DNA of 64,000 nucleotides. Source: Pseudomonadota bacterium (GTDB lineage: Bacteria; Bdellovibrionota_B; Oligoflexia; Silvanigrellales; Silvanigrellaceae). The notes below the pieces were generated by a model, which ran no database searches, was not told where the DNA came from, and saw nothing but the letters and a program-made list of their open reading frames with translations. Location of the stretch: positions 12,200 to 76,199 of the forward strand of contig JBDLRP010000020.1 in NCBI GenBank assembly GCA_039799905.1. The letters run 5' to 3'. Shown here piece after piece: positions 10,115 to 19,928 of this stretch. Positions within the stretch are counted from its first letter, which is position 1, and each line of letters starts with the position of its first letter. The position numbers and the translations under genes were made by a program.

Positions 10115-11596
10115 ATGTCCGGCTCCGATCTCTGGGCGCGCAGATTTAAAAGTTATGTCACACGCTCTCGACTGGTAATTTCAGCGACGATTGCGCTGTC
10201 ACTTTCAGTTCCTATGATAGCATACACTCAAGAAGAAACACTCGAGCGCGGTTCATTGTTGGCGGGGTTTGCCCGCGAAAGTATCACTCCGAATATCGAC
10301 GATCCAAGAAACCCGATCTGGATCGCGGGCTTCGGGCAAAAGCGGCAGGCAAAGTCTGTTCATGATGATCTCTTCGCCAGCGCGGTTGCACTGAGCAACG
10401 GCAACAAAAAAGGCGTCATGGTCGCGCTCGATGCCATTGGCTTCATGCACAACGACATTCAAGACGTCCGTTCGACAGTTCAAAAAGAACTCGGACTTGA
10501 TTTCGTCATCATCTCATCAACCCACAACCACGAGGCGCCGGACCTCATCGGAATCTGGGGTCCCTCGCTGACAAAGACAGGTGTGAATGCCAAGTACCTT
10601 GCGCTCGTAAAGAGTCAGACGGCCAAAGCCATCCGCGAAGCATTGGCACGCCTTGAACCCGCCCGCCTGCATCGCATGCAGCTGCGCAACGTGGGTGCAG
10701 ATGTAGTTGTCGACACGCGCATGCCGCAAGTTTTTGACTCCGACGTCAGCGTCCTTCGATTCAGCAAAGTGGATTCAGACCAAACGCTCGGCATGCTCGT
10801 CACTTGGTCTAATCATCCCGAAGTCCTCTGGAACGCCAACACGGCGATCACCTCTGACTACGTGCATTACCTGCGTGAAGGAATTGAAAAGGGAATTGCC
10901 TATGACGGTGCGATGCTCAAAAATGGCGTCGGCGGTCAGGTCGTTTTCATGAGCGGTGCTCTTGGTGGCCTGATGACGACTCTGGATTCAACTCCGGTCA
11001 CAGATGCAGTTCTCAGACAAACCTTGCTGACACCGAGTTTTGAGAAAGCCCGCGCAGTCGGATATCGGGTCTCGGAAGCCGTTTTGGACGGCATCGCCGG
11101 CGGAGAAGAAACAGAAGTTGACGACTCAACACTCAAGTGGACGGCAAAATCTATTCTGCTGCCCGTGGACAACATCAAATTCCGCGCAGCGGCGCTGTTG
11201 CGGATCATCCGCAGAAAATTTGAAATTGGCTTCAGAACACGCAGCGAAGTCGGTTTGCTTCAATTGGGTGATACATGGATTGCGACCATTCCTGGGGAGC
11301 TTTATCCTGAACTCGCCAATGGCGGAGTCGAAGCGCCGTCCGGCAACGACTTCAATTTAGCCGCTCCTGTTGAGGTTCCGCCGTTACGTTCGGCCATGAA
11401 AGGGCAAATGAACATGATTCTCGGCCTGACCAATGATCAGGTGGGCTACATCATTCCGCGCAGTCAATGGGATGAAAAAGCGCCCTACACTTATGGCGAG
11501 CAGAGTGCTCCCTACGGTGAGGAAAATTCACTCGGTCCGAATACGGCACCTATTATTCACAAAGCACTCTTGGAAATTTTCAACGACAGCAATTAA
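10115..11596 (+). CDS. Secreted neutral/alkaline ceramidase-superfamily protein (paralogue B)
   Basis: HDDLFA, SSTHNHEAPD, WSNHPE, TSDY, IPGELYPE, GLTNDQVGYIIP, YGEENSLG. Confidence 0.82.
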   Translation: MSGSDLWARRFKSYVTRSRLVISATIALSLSVPMIAYTQEETLERGSLLAGFARESITPNIDDPRNPIWIAGFGQKRQAKSVHDDLFASAVALSNGNKKGVMVALDAIGFMHNDIQDVRSTVQKELGLDFVIISSTHNHEAPDLIGIWGPSLTKTGVNAKYLALVKSQTAKAIREALARLEPARLHRMQLRNVGADVVVDTRMPQVFDSDVSVLRFSKVDSDQTLGMLVTWSNHPEVLWNANTAITSDYVHYLREGIEKGIAYDGAMLKNGVGGQVVFMSGALGGLMTTLDSTPVTDAVLRQTLLTPSFEKARAVGYRVSEAVLDGIAGGEETEVDDSTLKWTAKSILLPVDNIKFRAAALLRIIRRKFEIGFRTRSEVGLLQLGDTWIATIPGELYPELANGGVEAPSGNDFNLAAPVEVPPLRSAMKGQMNMILGLTNDQVGYIIPRSQWDEKAPYTYGEQSAPYGEENSLGPNTAPIIHKALLEIFNDSN

Positions 11597-11644
11597 TGAA
11601 TCGACCCGTCGCGATTGAAGTGATTTGTCAGGAGACAGATAAGA

Positions 11645-12994
11645 ATGAACTCTGTGATTCGCACCTTTGGATTGACATCCTTCGCTCTGCTTGGCGCCTG
11701 TGTCAGCAGCCGGGAATCCGCTCCCAACCAACAATCTGCAGGCCCGCTCAATGTTCAAGTTTATCGATTCAAAAATCTCGATCCGGTGGGACGTGCTTAT
11801 TTTCCGAGAGAGTTTATATACAACGAAGGTGGCTGGAGCGGAGCGAGCCGCGTGCAGACCTCGCCGAATGTCTTTGTCCGCGACGAACTCTGGACGGTCA
11901 ACGACCGGGGCCTCAATCTCTATCTTGAAAAGAAGGACTCGACTCCAGAGGCAAGCTTCAACGACGGTGACCGGTACTTTCCGGTACCCAAACACCAACA
12001 GACTCTGTTCAAGATTAAATTCAATGCCAATGGTCAGGGAGTGGTCGTCGAACGGCTTGGCCTGCGTGAAAATGGCCTGCCCACAAACGGACTGCCATCA
12101 GCACTTGAGAATCTGGCAACCGGTGAACGTGGCTGGGAGATGAAAACTCCTTCGGGTCCTTTTGCACAGCTGTCTGCCTCACTGCAGGGATACGACTTTG
12201 AAGGTGTCGCTCAAACTTTTGATGAAAACCGTCAGCGCGAATTCTGGCTTGTGGAAGAGTATGGTCCGGCTTTGATGAGAGCTGGGTCATCGGGAAATAT
12301 CATGCGCCGCTGGGCCCCTGCGCGGGACTTCAAGCCTCAGTCAGGTGCGCTGCCGTGGTCGCTCCGCCACCGTTCGGACAACCGAGGTTTCGAGGGAGTG
12401 GCGGTGTCGGGGGAGTATGTAGTTGCCGCCATGCAATCTCCGCTCAGCCCAACAGGGGGCCGTTCTGGAGACGCCGGTCATGGTAATCCGCAAACGCCGC
12501 TGCATCGCATCATTCGCCTCAACAAAAAAACCGGAAATGTGGAGCAGTTCGCCTACGACCACACGCCAGCTTCAGTTGCTCTTGGCAGCTCACACCAAGA
12601 CGTCAAAATCGGCGACCTTGCCGCGCTGGACGACAACGGGCAGCGTTTCCTCATTTTAGAGCATTCCAGTAAACGCAAACATATCGTTCTCGTTGAGGCG
12701 ACAGTCCGTCCGGACACAACCCGACTGGCCGACTCTGTCGCCTATGAGGGTGGTAAAACTCCCTACAAAGCAATGGAAACGCGTCTTATTGCCGACCTCG
12801 CGCCCGTTCTGAAAGGCCTTGAGTTGCCGGAAAAGGCAGAGGGAATCAGTATCATCGACGATAAAACTGCGCTGATCATTTTTGACAACGACCACTGCAT
12901 TGAACCTCTTCTTGCCAAAGCAGTTGCACCAAAAGAATGCGAAAATCTGGCCGTGACTCTCAACTTCGCTGAACCAGTTTTCGCCCGCCGTTAA
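11645..12994 (+). CDS. Phytase-like (esterase-like activity of phytase) beta-propeller lipoprotein
   Basis: LLGAC lipobox; DRG, DFEGVA, EEYGP, NRGFEG, KIGD, KAEG...DND motifs. Confidence 0.8.
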   Translation: MNSVIRTFGLTSFALLGACVSSRESAPNQQSAGPLNVQVYRFKNLDPVGRAYFPREFIYNEGGWSGASRVQTSPNVFVRDELWTVNDRGLNLYLEKKDSTPEASFNDGDRYFPVPKHQQTLFKIKFNANGQGVVVERLGLRENGLPTNGLPSALENLATGERGWEMKTPSGPFAQLSASLQGYDFEGVAQTFDENRQREFWLVEEYGPALMRAGSSGNIMRRWAPARDFKPQSGALPWSLRHRSDNRGFEGVAVSGEYVVAAMQSPLSPTGGRSGDAGHGNPQTPLHRIIRLNKKTGNVEQFAYDHTPASVALGSSHQDVKIGDLAALDDNGQRFLILEHSSKRKHIVLVEATVRPDTTRLADSVAYEGGKTPYKAMETRLIADLAPVLKGLELPEKAEGISIIDDKTALIIFDNDHCIEPLLAKAVAPKECENLAVTLNFAEPVFARR

Positions 12995-13077
12995 TGCATC
13001 ACACAGCTCGTTTGATTGTGTGACAAACAGAGGGACATCTGGTAAGCAGCAGCTGCTTCAAGGGAGAGGTATTCGGA

Positions 13078-13341
13078 ATGAAAAAGGTCACCGTGTATTC
13101 AACACGCGCTTGCCCGTACTGCGTTGCTGCGAAAACTCTTCTGAACAACCTGCAGGTTGGTTTTGAGGAAGTGATGCTCGACCACCAGCCGGAGCTTTGG
13201 GGTAAACTCAGCGCTGAAAACAACGGCTGGCGGACTGTGCCGATGATCTTTGTCGGCAATGAGTTCCTTGGTGGCTACACAGATATCAAGTCGCTGCACG
13301 ACGCCGGACAATTGCTGCCAAAAATTTACTCCCCCTGCTGA
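13078..13341 (+). CDS. grxC: Glutaredoxin 3
   Basis: CPYC, TVPMIF, GGYTD. Confidence 0.93.
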   Translation: MKKVTVYSTRACPYCVAAKTLLNNLQVGFEEVMLDHQPELWGKLSAENNGWRTVPMIFVGNEFLGGYTDIKSLHDAGQLLPKIYSPC

Positions 13342-13351
13342 GGTACTGCAC

Positions 13352-14026
13352 ATGCGCTTTGCACGGCCATTCGCACGTCTGCAAACGTTGTGTCTCATCC
13401 TGCCGACTGTTCTGTTCAACTCCGCATGCGTTTACCGTTTTGCAAACCGCGACCGTCAGCTATCGGTCCAACCGAGAACTTTGTACGTCAGCCCTGTCGG
13501 TGACTCTTCCTCAAAGGCAGGTCAAGCGGCGAAACTGATGAGCGCCCTGCGCCGCAGGCTGACTCAGGACAGAGCTTTTATAATGACAGATTTACAAACA
13601 GCCCGCTGGGGACTCGAAGTTCAAATCACCGACTCGGGACGCTCCATAACACGGGTCGAAAAATGCACGCAGGGAAATGAAGTTCTCGCCAGTGGAGCCG
13701 TGCCCTGTTCGCAGGTCGCTGCCTCCGGCCGCCTGCCCGACATCTCGGCCGAGGAAGAGGTTGCACTGCTGACCATCGATGCGCGCGCCGTCGACTTGCA
13801 CACGGGAATAGTCCTTTTTCAAACGAGACTCGCAGACCTCAGCTCGGGCGCCTACAACATTGTCGGCGACGGAACGGTCCGCGCATCTTTGAGCAACGCA
13901 CCTGACTTGCACGTATTGCGTTCAATAGAAAACCGCGACAACGCAATCGAGGCGATAGCCAATTCAGCCGCGGCGCGCATTTATGAACAACTGATTTCAA
14001 TTCCACCCCCATCACCGTCGCTCTGA
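13352..14026 (+). CDS. lptE: LptE-like LPS assembly lipoprotein
   Basis: Lipobox followed by CVYRF, then TLYVSPV; C-terminal helix AIEAIANSAAARIYEQL. Confidence 0.6.
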   Translation: MRFARPFARLQTLCLILPTVLFNSACVYRFANRDRQLSVQPRTLYVSPVGDSSSKAGQAAKLMSALRRRLTQDRAFIMTDLQTARWGLEVQITDSGRSITRVEKCTQGNEVLASGAVPCSQVAASGRLPDISAEEEVALLTIDARAVDLHTGIVLFQTRLADLSSGAYNIVGDGTVRASLSNAPDLHVLRSIENRDNAIEAIANSAAARIYEQLISIPPPSPSL

Positions 14027-14044
14027 CTTGCAGGAGTAGAAGCC

Positions 14045-16153
14045 ATGTTTACCGACCTCGTCCGCCGCAACGAAAATCATCTCAAAACGATCGCTACGGC
14101 GGTCCGAAGTCTTGGCATGGACGCAGTCCTCAAGGCCAAATCAGGGCATGTCGGCCTTCCGTTGGGCGGCGCGGACATTGGCACTTTTCTTTACTTCGCT
14201 GCGATGCAGCACGCTCCACAGGATCCGCGCTGGATCAACCGCGACCGTTTCGTTTTGTCGGCCGGCCACGGTTCAATGTTGCAGTATGCTCTGCTGCACC
14301 TTGCCGGTTACAACGTCAGCATCGATGACATCAAAAATTTTCGCCAGCTTGGAAGCAAGACACCCGGTCACCCAGAGTTTGGTCACACCGACGGTATCGA
14401 GTGCACGACGGGCCCGCTTGGGCAGGGAATCGCAAACGCGGCCGGAATGGCACTCGCAGAACGCATGCTGGCTGCGCGACTGAACAAAGACGGACACACT
14501 CCCATCGAACACATGACCTATGTGTTGTTGGGTGACGGCTGCCTGATGGAAGGAATTTCAAGCGAGGCCTGCAGCCTTGCTGGTCACCTCAAACTCGACA
14601 AGCTGGTTGCCTTTTATGATGCAAACAACATCACCATCGACGGCACCATCGACATCACGTTCACGGAAAACGTCGGCAAACGTTTTGAAGCATTCGGCTG
14701 GCGCGTGTTGAATGCGGACGCACACAATTTCATCGCTCTGGCCGAAGCTCTCGACACGGTAGTCAACGACAACAAAAACACACCGCGTCCAACCATCGTC
14801 ATTTGTAAGGGTATTGCAGGAAAAGGCTCGCCCAAATGGGAAGGCAAAAACAAGATCCACGGCAATCCGATGAGCGCAGAAGATGTTGTTGATGCTAAAA
14901 AGAACCTCGGCATCAGCAACACAGAACCATTTTGGGTCAATGAAAATGCATATTCTTCAGCAAAAGAGTGCCTTTCTGCACACGCTTTGCGACGGCACGC
15001 CGAGTGGACAAAGAACAGCGAGGCCATGCTCGGCCAGTGGAAGAGCGGCAATGCAAGCGCACTCGCCGCTTGGCAGGCACACACCTCAGGTGCAGTGAAC
15101 GTCGACGCCGGTGATGCCCTCTGGGATTCACTGGGAGCGAAAATGGCAACGCGTGTCGCGGCTGGCAAAGCCCTAACGGCACTGGCTGCGGCAAATCCTT
15201 CGCTTGTCGGTGGCAGCGCCGATCTGGCTGGCAGTAACAATACGACCCTGCCTGACACCTCGTTCGTGCAAGCTGGCGAATACGGCGGCCGCAACATCCA
15301 TTTTGGTGTACGTGAACACGCGATGGCGGCGATGTGCAACGGCATTGCGTTGCACGGCGGATTCCGCCCCTACTGTGCAACATTTGCTGTCTTCTCGGAT
15401 TACATGCGTCCGTCCATCCGGCTCGCTGCCCTCATGAAAATTCCATCGATTTTTGTTCTGACACACGACAGCTATGCCGTCGGTGAAGACGGACCGACCC
15501 ACCAGCCTATCGAACATGCAGCCAGCTTGCGTGCCATTCCCAATCTCGAAGTACTGCGCCCCGCAGACGCACGCGAGACGTTGATGGCTTGGGAACTCGC
15601 CTTGGCACATCAAAGCACGCCCACTGCCCTGCTGCTAACACGTCAGGATGTGCCCAACCTCGATGAGCATCTCAAAGTTGCCCGCACCCCTGAACAAGTC
15701 GCCGAAGGACTGCGCACAGGCGCGTACGTTCTCAAAGACTTCGATGCTCCCGAAAACGCACAAAAGCTGATTCTCCTTGCTTCGGGGTCAGAGGTTGGGG
15801 CAACGCTTCGCGCTGCCGAGATTCTGCAGAAGGAAAAATTCGAAAACCTTACTGGCGAGGGCGTGCGCCTGAACGTGCGCGTCGTCAGTTGCCCAGCCCC
15901 GCAGAAATTGGCACGAAATCCATTGGCCCTGACGAAACTCGTGCCAGAAAACATCCCATCCGCTGCGATTGAAGCCGGTGTTGCGCAAGGCTGGGGAGAC
16001 ATTGTCGGTCGTCGCGGCGCTGTGTTCGCATTGTCGGACTTCGGCGCCTCGGCACCTGCTGACACGCTGACAAAAACCTTTGGTTTCAATGACGAGGCCA
16101 TCGCGGCCAAAGCACTCAATTTCCTCAAGCTGCGCATTCCGGCAACGAACTGA
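14045..16153 (+). CDS. tkt: Transketolase
   Basis: SGHVG, RDRFVLSAGHGS, TGPLGQG, GDGCLMEG, FGVREHAM, THDS.GEDGPTHQP. Confidence 0.97.
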   Translation: MFTDLVRRNENHLKTIATAVRSLGMDAVLKAKSGHVGLPLGGADIGTFLYFAAMQHAPQDPRWINRDRFVLSAGHGSMLQYALLHLAGYNVSIDDIKNFRQLGSKTPGHPEFGHTDGIECTTGPLGQGIANAAGMALAERMLAARLNKDGHTPIEHMTYVLLGDGCLMEGISSEACSLAGHLKLDKLVAFYDANNITIDGTIDITFTENVGKRFEAFGWRVLNADAHNFIALAEALDTVVNDNKNTPRPTIVICKGIAGKGSPKWEGKNKIHGNPMSAEDVVDAKKNLGISNTEPFWVNENAYSSAKECLSAHALRRHAEWTKNSEAMLGQWKSGNASALAAWQAHTSGAVNVDAGDALWDSLGAKMATRVAAGKALTALAAANPSLVGGSADLAGSNNTTLPDTSFVQAGEYGGRNIHFGVREHAMAAMCNGIALHGGFRPYCATFAVFSDYMRPSIRLAALMKIPSIFVLTHDSYAVGEDGPTHQPIEHAASLRAIPNLEVLRPADARETLMAWELALAHQSTPTALLLTRQDVPNLDEHLKVARTPEQVAEGLRTGAYVLKDFDAPENAQKLILLASGSEVGATLRAAEILQKEKFENLTGEGVRLNVRVVSCPAPQKLARNPLALTKLVPENIPSAAIEAGVAQGWGDIVGRRGAVFALSDFGASAPADTLTKTFGFNDEAIAAKALNFLKLRIPATN

Positions 16154-16161
16154 AGAGGACT

Positions 16162-17295
16162 ATGACGGACGTTCATCCGTCGCTCCTGCGGCGCAAGATT
16201 ATTCATGTAGACATGGATGCATTTTACGCATCTGTGGAAATGCGTGACAATCCGAAGCTGGCAGGCATGCCTCTGGTGATTGGCGGCCCGCCGCACTCAC
16301 GCGGCGTGGTTTGCACGGCAAGTTACGAGGCGAGAAAGTTCGGCATCCGGTCGGCAATGCCCTGCTCTCGCGCCTTCCGCCTATGTCCTGACGCAGTTTT
16401 CCTTCCTCCGAACTTTGAAAAGTACAAACGTGTTTCACAGCAGGTGCAGGAGATCTTCTCCCGCCACACAAATCTTATCGAGCCCCTTTCATTGGATGAA
16501 GCCTTCCTCGATGTCACCGACAATCCGCGTGGAATTTACGCAACACAAATCGGCAAAGAAATTCAGGCTGCCGTTCGCGACGAGTTGAAATTATCGTGTT
16601 CTGTTGGTGTTGCCCCGAATAAACTAGTCGCAAAAATAGCATCCGACTGGCGCAAGCCTGCAGGACTGACAGTCATCCCGCCTGAAAAAGTGCGCGCTTT
16701 CATGATGCCGCTCGAAGTGAGGCGGATCTTCGGGGTCGGTCCTGCTACTGAAAAACGTCTTCATGATCTGGGCATCCGCATTTGTGAAGACGTGTTGAAA
16801 ACACCTCTGCAGCATCTGGAATTTCAACTCGGTTCTTTTGCGCACTGGATACATTCCTGTGCACAGGGAATCGACGAACGCCGAGTGCACACGCACAGAG
16901 AACGCAAATCGATAGGCCGTGAAGACACTTTTGCCAAAGACGTACTTTCTGTTCCGGAGCTGCTCGACCGTCTTGAAAAAATCTCGCAGATGCTCGCACA
17001 TGATTTGCAAAAGAGAAATCTGAAAGGACGCACCCTCACTCTGAAAGTGAAATATGAAGATTTTCAGCAAATCACCCGCAGCCAGAGCGTTACCGGTGCT
17101 TTGTGCGAACACGTCGACGTCTTCAATATCGCGCGCGAACTTCTGCTAGAAAAAACAGAAGCGGGACGGCGCAAGATTCGCCTGCTCGGACTGAGTTTTT
17201 CGAATCTGACCGGTACCGACGGCAGGGATGGGGAATCTGTGAATTTTCCGCTTTTGCAGTCTGAAAACGAAGAACTTAAAGGTCTTTTTCCATAA
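16162..17295 (+). CDS. dinB: DNA polymerase IV (Y-family)
   Basis: IIHVDMDAFYASVE, SYEARKFG, SLDEAFLD, NKLVAKIAS. Confidence 0.97.
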   Translation: MTDVHPSLLRRKIIHVDMDAFYASVEMRDNPKLAGMPLVIGGPPHSRGVVCTASYEARKFGIRSAMPCSRAFRLCPDAVFLPPNFEKYKRVSQQVQEIFSRHTNLIEPLSLDEAFLDVTDNPRGIYATQIGKEIQAAVRDELKLSCSVGVAPNKLVAKIASDWRKPAGLTVIPPEKVRAFMMPLEVRRIFGVGPATEKRLHDLGIRICEDVLKTPLQHLEFQLGSFAHWIHSCAQGIDERRVHTHRERKSIGREDTFAKDVLSVPELLDRLEKISQMLAHDLQKRNLKGRTLTLKVKYEDFQQITRSQSVTGALCEHVDVFNIARELLLEKTEAGRRKIRLLGLSFSNLTGTDGRDGESVNFPLLQSENEELKGLFP

Positions 17296-18970
17296 ACACC
17301 TGCGCCACCGGTGTCTCTCTGAACAGTCCGGCACCAACCGACAGTTTCAGCCGGTTGTCCACTTCACCCACTTTATTTTTTTGCGCCACGGGTGTGTACA
17401 AAAGATCAATCAGTATGAATGTGCCCGCGGAAACACCGCTAACAAAGCTGAAACGTTCCCAGCGCCTCACAGATGCCTCGTGCACAGATATCTCGCTCTT
17501 TGCCTCTTCGGCAACCTCAGGAGTCGCCGCCGATGCGAGTTTTTTCTCGGCAGACCGTTTGGCAGTTTTACTCAGCTCAGAATTGATGAGCGACATGACC
17601 AACCCCGCACCCGAGATCCACTTCCCAGCCGTAATTGAAGTTGAAATATAATCATCCTGAATTTTCGCAGGCGCATCGCCGGCCACTGGCTGACTTGAAT
17701 CGACTGCTGTGAGTTTTGCTGAAACTGTCGCTGTCCGCGAGGCACGGACAAAGACGCTTGAATTAAAGTCTGCGAACTCGTCCAATTTCAGATTCACACG
17801 CCGACGTCCACCGGCAACAACTACGTCTTTGAGCGGCGTCTTGCCGACGACACGTCCATCGATGCGGACAGTTGCGCCAGACGGCTCACTGGCGACAGAA
17901 ATTTTACCGTCCCTGGCACGCATCTCAAACTTTTCATCACGCGCGCTTTCAGTGAAATTCACCTCGCGGGCTTCGGAAAAATAATCATCCAGCTCAAGTC
18001 GCACTTGTGCCTTGCCAAGATCATTTAGCACTTCAAGTGGTGTTCTGCCGAGAGGAATATTTCCAAGAAAGACGAGCGCACCCTTGGGCTGGCTCGAAAG
18101 TACAAGTTTTCCGGACATCTTGCTGAGGGGGAACGCATATTCACGCATCGCTCCAGTTTTAACCACAGCCTGCCCATCGACTGCCTGATAACTGTCAAGC
18201 TCTATGCGCAGCTGATAGGAACCTTCGGCAATTCGCGAAAAAATGGCGGGAGTGTCACCGACATGTTTTCCATCAATTAAAATGCGCGCACCTTCCGGTT
18301 TACTGATGACCTTCAGCTGGCCGACGCGCTTGCCGGTCGGACCCATCAGTGAATTGTAAAAATTGAAATTTTTTTGAACAATGTTTTTCTTATTTTTCTG
18401 TCGCTCTAATTCGAGACGAATAGAATCTGAGTGCCATCTCAACAGACGATACGCGACGTGCACGGTCTGCTGATTGACTCGTTTGCTTTCAGTATAGGGT
18501 GAGCCCTTGTCAGCGGCCTCTGTGAGAGAATCGAAGTTGATTTTCCGCAACATCGTGAGCAGAGCGAGATGCGCAGAGTCTTCTGACTTGTTTTCCGCAG
18601 TCGGAGTGACAGCTGGACTTGGCTGAGCAGCTGGAACTGCTGATGAATTTGTCACCTGCTGAGCGGATGATTGGGTCTCAGTGCCGGCACGGGTGTCTGA
18701 GTCAGACTTGATGTGTGCAAATTGTGATTCGACTATTTTTGAAAGTGCATTCAACCACGCCTTCTCTAATGCCTCTTCACGGCTGGCCGACTCGGGCGAG
18801 ACACCTACGAAGTAGTGGACACCATCGATGACTCTCGATTGCGCCGTTTGGGCCCACTCGGGTAGACGCGTATCCGCTTCGACCGTTTGAGCGAAGGCCG
18901 ACGGCATGTGGCATGAGACCAGCCAAAGGAACAGCCAGCTGATGAAAGAGTTGCAAGAGAGCAGTTTCAC
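17276..18970 (-). CDS. Secreted PEGA-domain protein (three PEGA repeats)
   Basis: SKPEGARILIDG..GDTP, SQPKGALVFLG..GRTP, SEPSGATVRIDG..GKTP; signal peptide; 20-bp convergent overlap with dinB. Confidence 0.85.
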   Translation of the reverse strand: MKLLSCNSFISWLFLWLVSCHMPSAFAQTVEADTRLPEWAQTAQSRVIDGVHYFVGVSPESASREEALEKAWLNALSKIVESQFAHIKSDSDTRAGTETQSSAQQVTNSSAVPAAQPSPAVTPTAENKSEDSAHLALLTMLRKINFDSLTEAADKGSPYTESKRVNQQTVHVAYRLLRWHSDSIRLELERQKNKKNIVQKNFNFYNSLMGPTGKRVGQLKVISKPEGARILIDGKHVGDTPAIFSRIAEGSYQLRIELDSYQAVDGQAVVKTGAMREYAFPLSKMSGKLVLSSQPKGALVFLGNIPLGRTPLEVLNDLGKAQVRLELDDYFSEAREVNFTESARDEKFEMRARDGKISVASEPSGATVRIDGRVVGKTPLKDVVVAGGRRRVNLKLDEFADFNSSVFVRASRTATVSAKLTAVDSSQPVAGDAPAKIQDDYISTSITAGKWISGAGLVMSLINSELSKTAKRSAEKKLASAATPEVAEEAKSEISVHEASVRRWERFSFVSGVSAGTFILIDLLYTPVAQKNKVGEVDNRLKLSVGAGLFRETPVAQVFMEKDL

Positions 18971-19275
18971 GTTTCACAAACCCAAAAAACTCCTGACCAA
19001 TTCGGTTCTCGCGGCAACAATCTGCGGGATAGAAAAAGTCACGAAGGTCCCAAGATTATAACTCGGAATCGCCTCACTTCATGCACGCAGCTGGCCAATT
19101 GACGATTTTTCGAAAGAGCAATTTGAAGGTTGCCGCCGAACAGAGCAAATATCGCGAAGTATCCAAAATGCTTAAAATTTCAAAAGAGTGATTGTCGGTT
19201 TTCGAGAGTTCGGCTATCTCCACGCAACCGGAAAATGGAACCGGTGCCGCACATCTTCTGTTTAAGGGGTTATGC

Positions 19276-19791
19276 ATGAAGCTCTCTACTTCGTTGGCTG
19301 GTGTAGTTTTTCTTCTGACCGCTTGCGGTCAACCAGCTGCTGAGAATTCCGAATTGTCGTCGGAACGCTTCTCTATCAACGTACTCGGAATTGAAATGGG
19401 CTCATGCAATCAAGATGAACTGAGACGCTTTGTTGCTGGAGAACATGTTCCGCCGATCTCGAACAAACTTCCAAAAGACCAGCAGACAGAATTGCGGCAA
19501 AAGTTTGGCCGCGTCATTCACATTTCGACAGAAAGAACGGCCGAGGCCCTCAAGTCTGAGGCGGGAGCGGAAGTCCGCTCAATTCTCAAGGCTATTTTTC
19601 CCCCAAGCTACAAAGAGGAATTCGTCAACGAGGCTTTTAAGCAAAGCATTGCCGACAGCCAATTCACACTCCTCGAATTTGTCAGCCTGTATCCATCGCA
19701 GGAGCTGAAGGTCAACGGACTCGCCTTTGTGGGCAAGAAAGACAAACTCGAAGCTGCCCTCTTGAAGCTTGAACAACAATTCCGGAACTAA
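19276..19791 (+). CDS. Lipoprotein, DUF1400-like
   Basis: LLTAC lipobox; SERFSIN...DELRRF...FTLLEFVSLYPSQELKVNG resembles the DUF1400 pattern. Confidence 0.5.
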   Translation: MKLSTSLAGVVFLLTACGQPAAENSELSSERFSINVLGIEMGSCNQDELRRFVAGEHVPPISNKLPKDQQTELRQKFGRVIHISTERTAEALKSEAGAEVRSILKAIFPPSYKEEFVNEAFKQSIADSQFTLLEFVSLYPSQELKVNGLAFVGKKDKLEAALLKLEQQFRN

Positions 19792-19873
19792 ATGCTGTCA
19801 AATCCTTCGACATAGTGCTTACCATTCGCATTGCGTATCTCGGCGAATTAACAAACATTTGAATAGACTTTGA

Positions 19874-19889
19874 TGGCACAAAGATTGCT
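19874..19889 (+). promoter_or_regulatory. Putative sigma54 -24/-12 promoter
   Basis: TGGCAC-AAAGA-TTGCT; TGTC-N9-GACA inverted repeat at 19796-19812. Confidence 0.72.
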
Positions 19890-19928
19890 GCCCTCTCGCG
19901 TGTGAGCATACGGGTGGGGAGCAACAGA

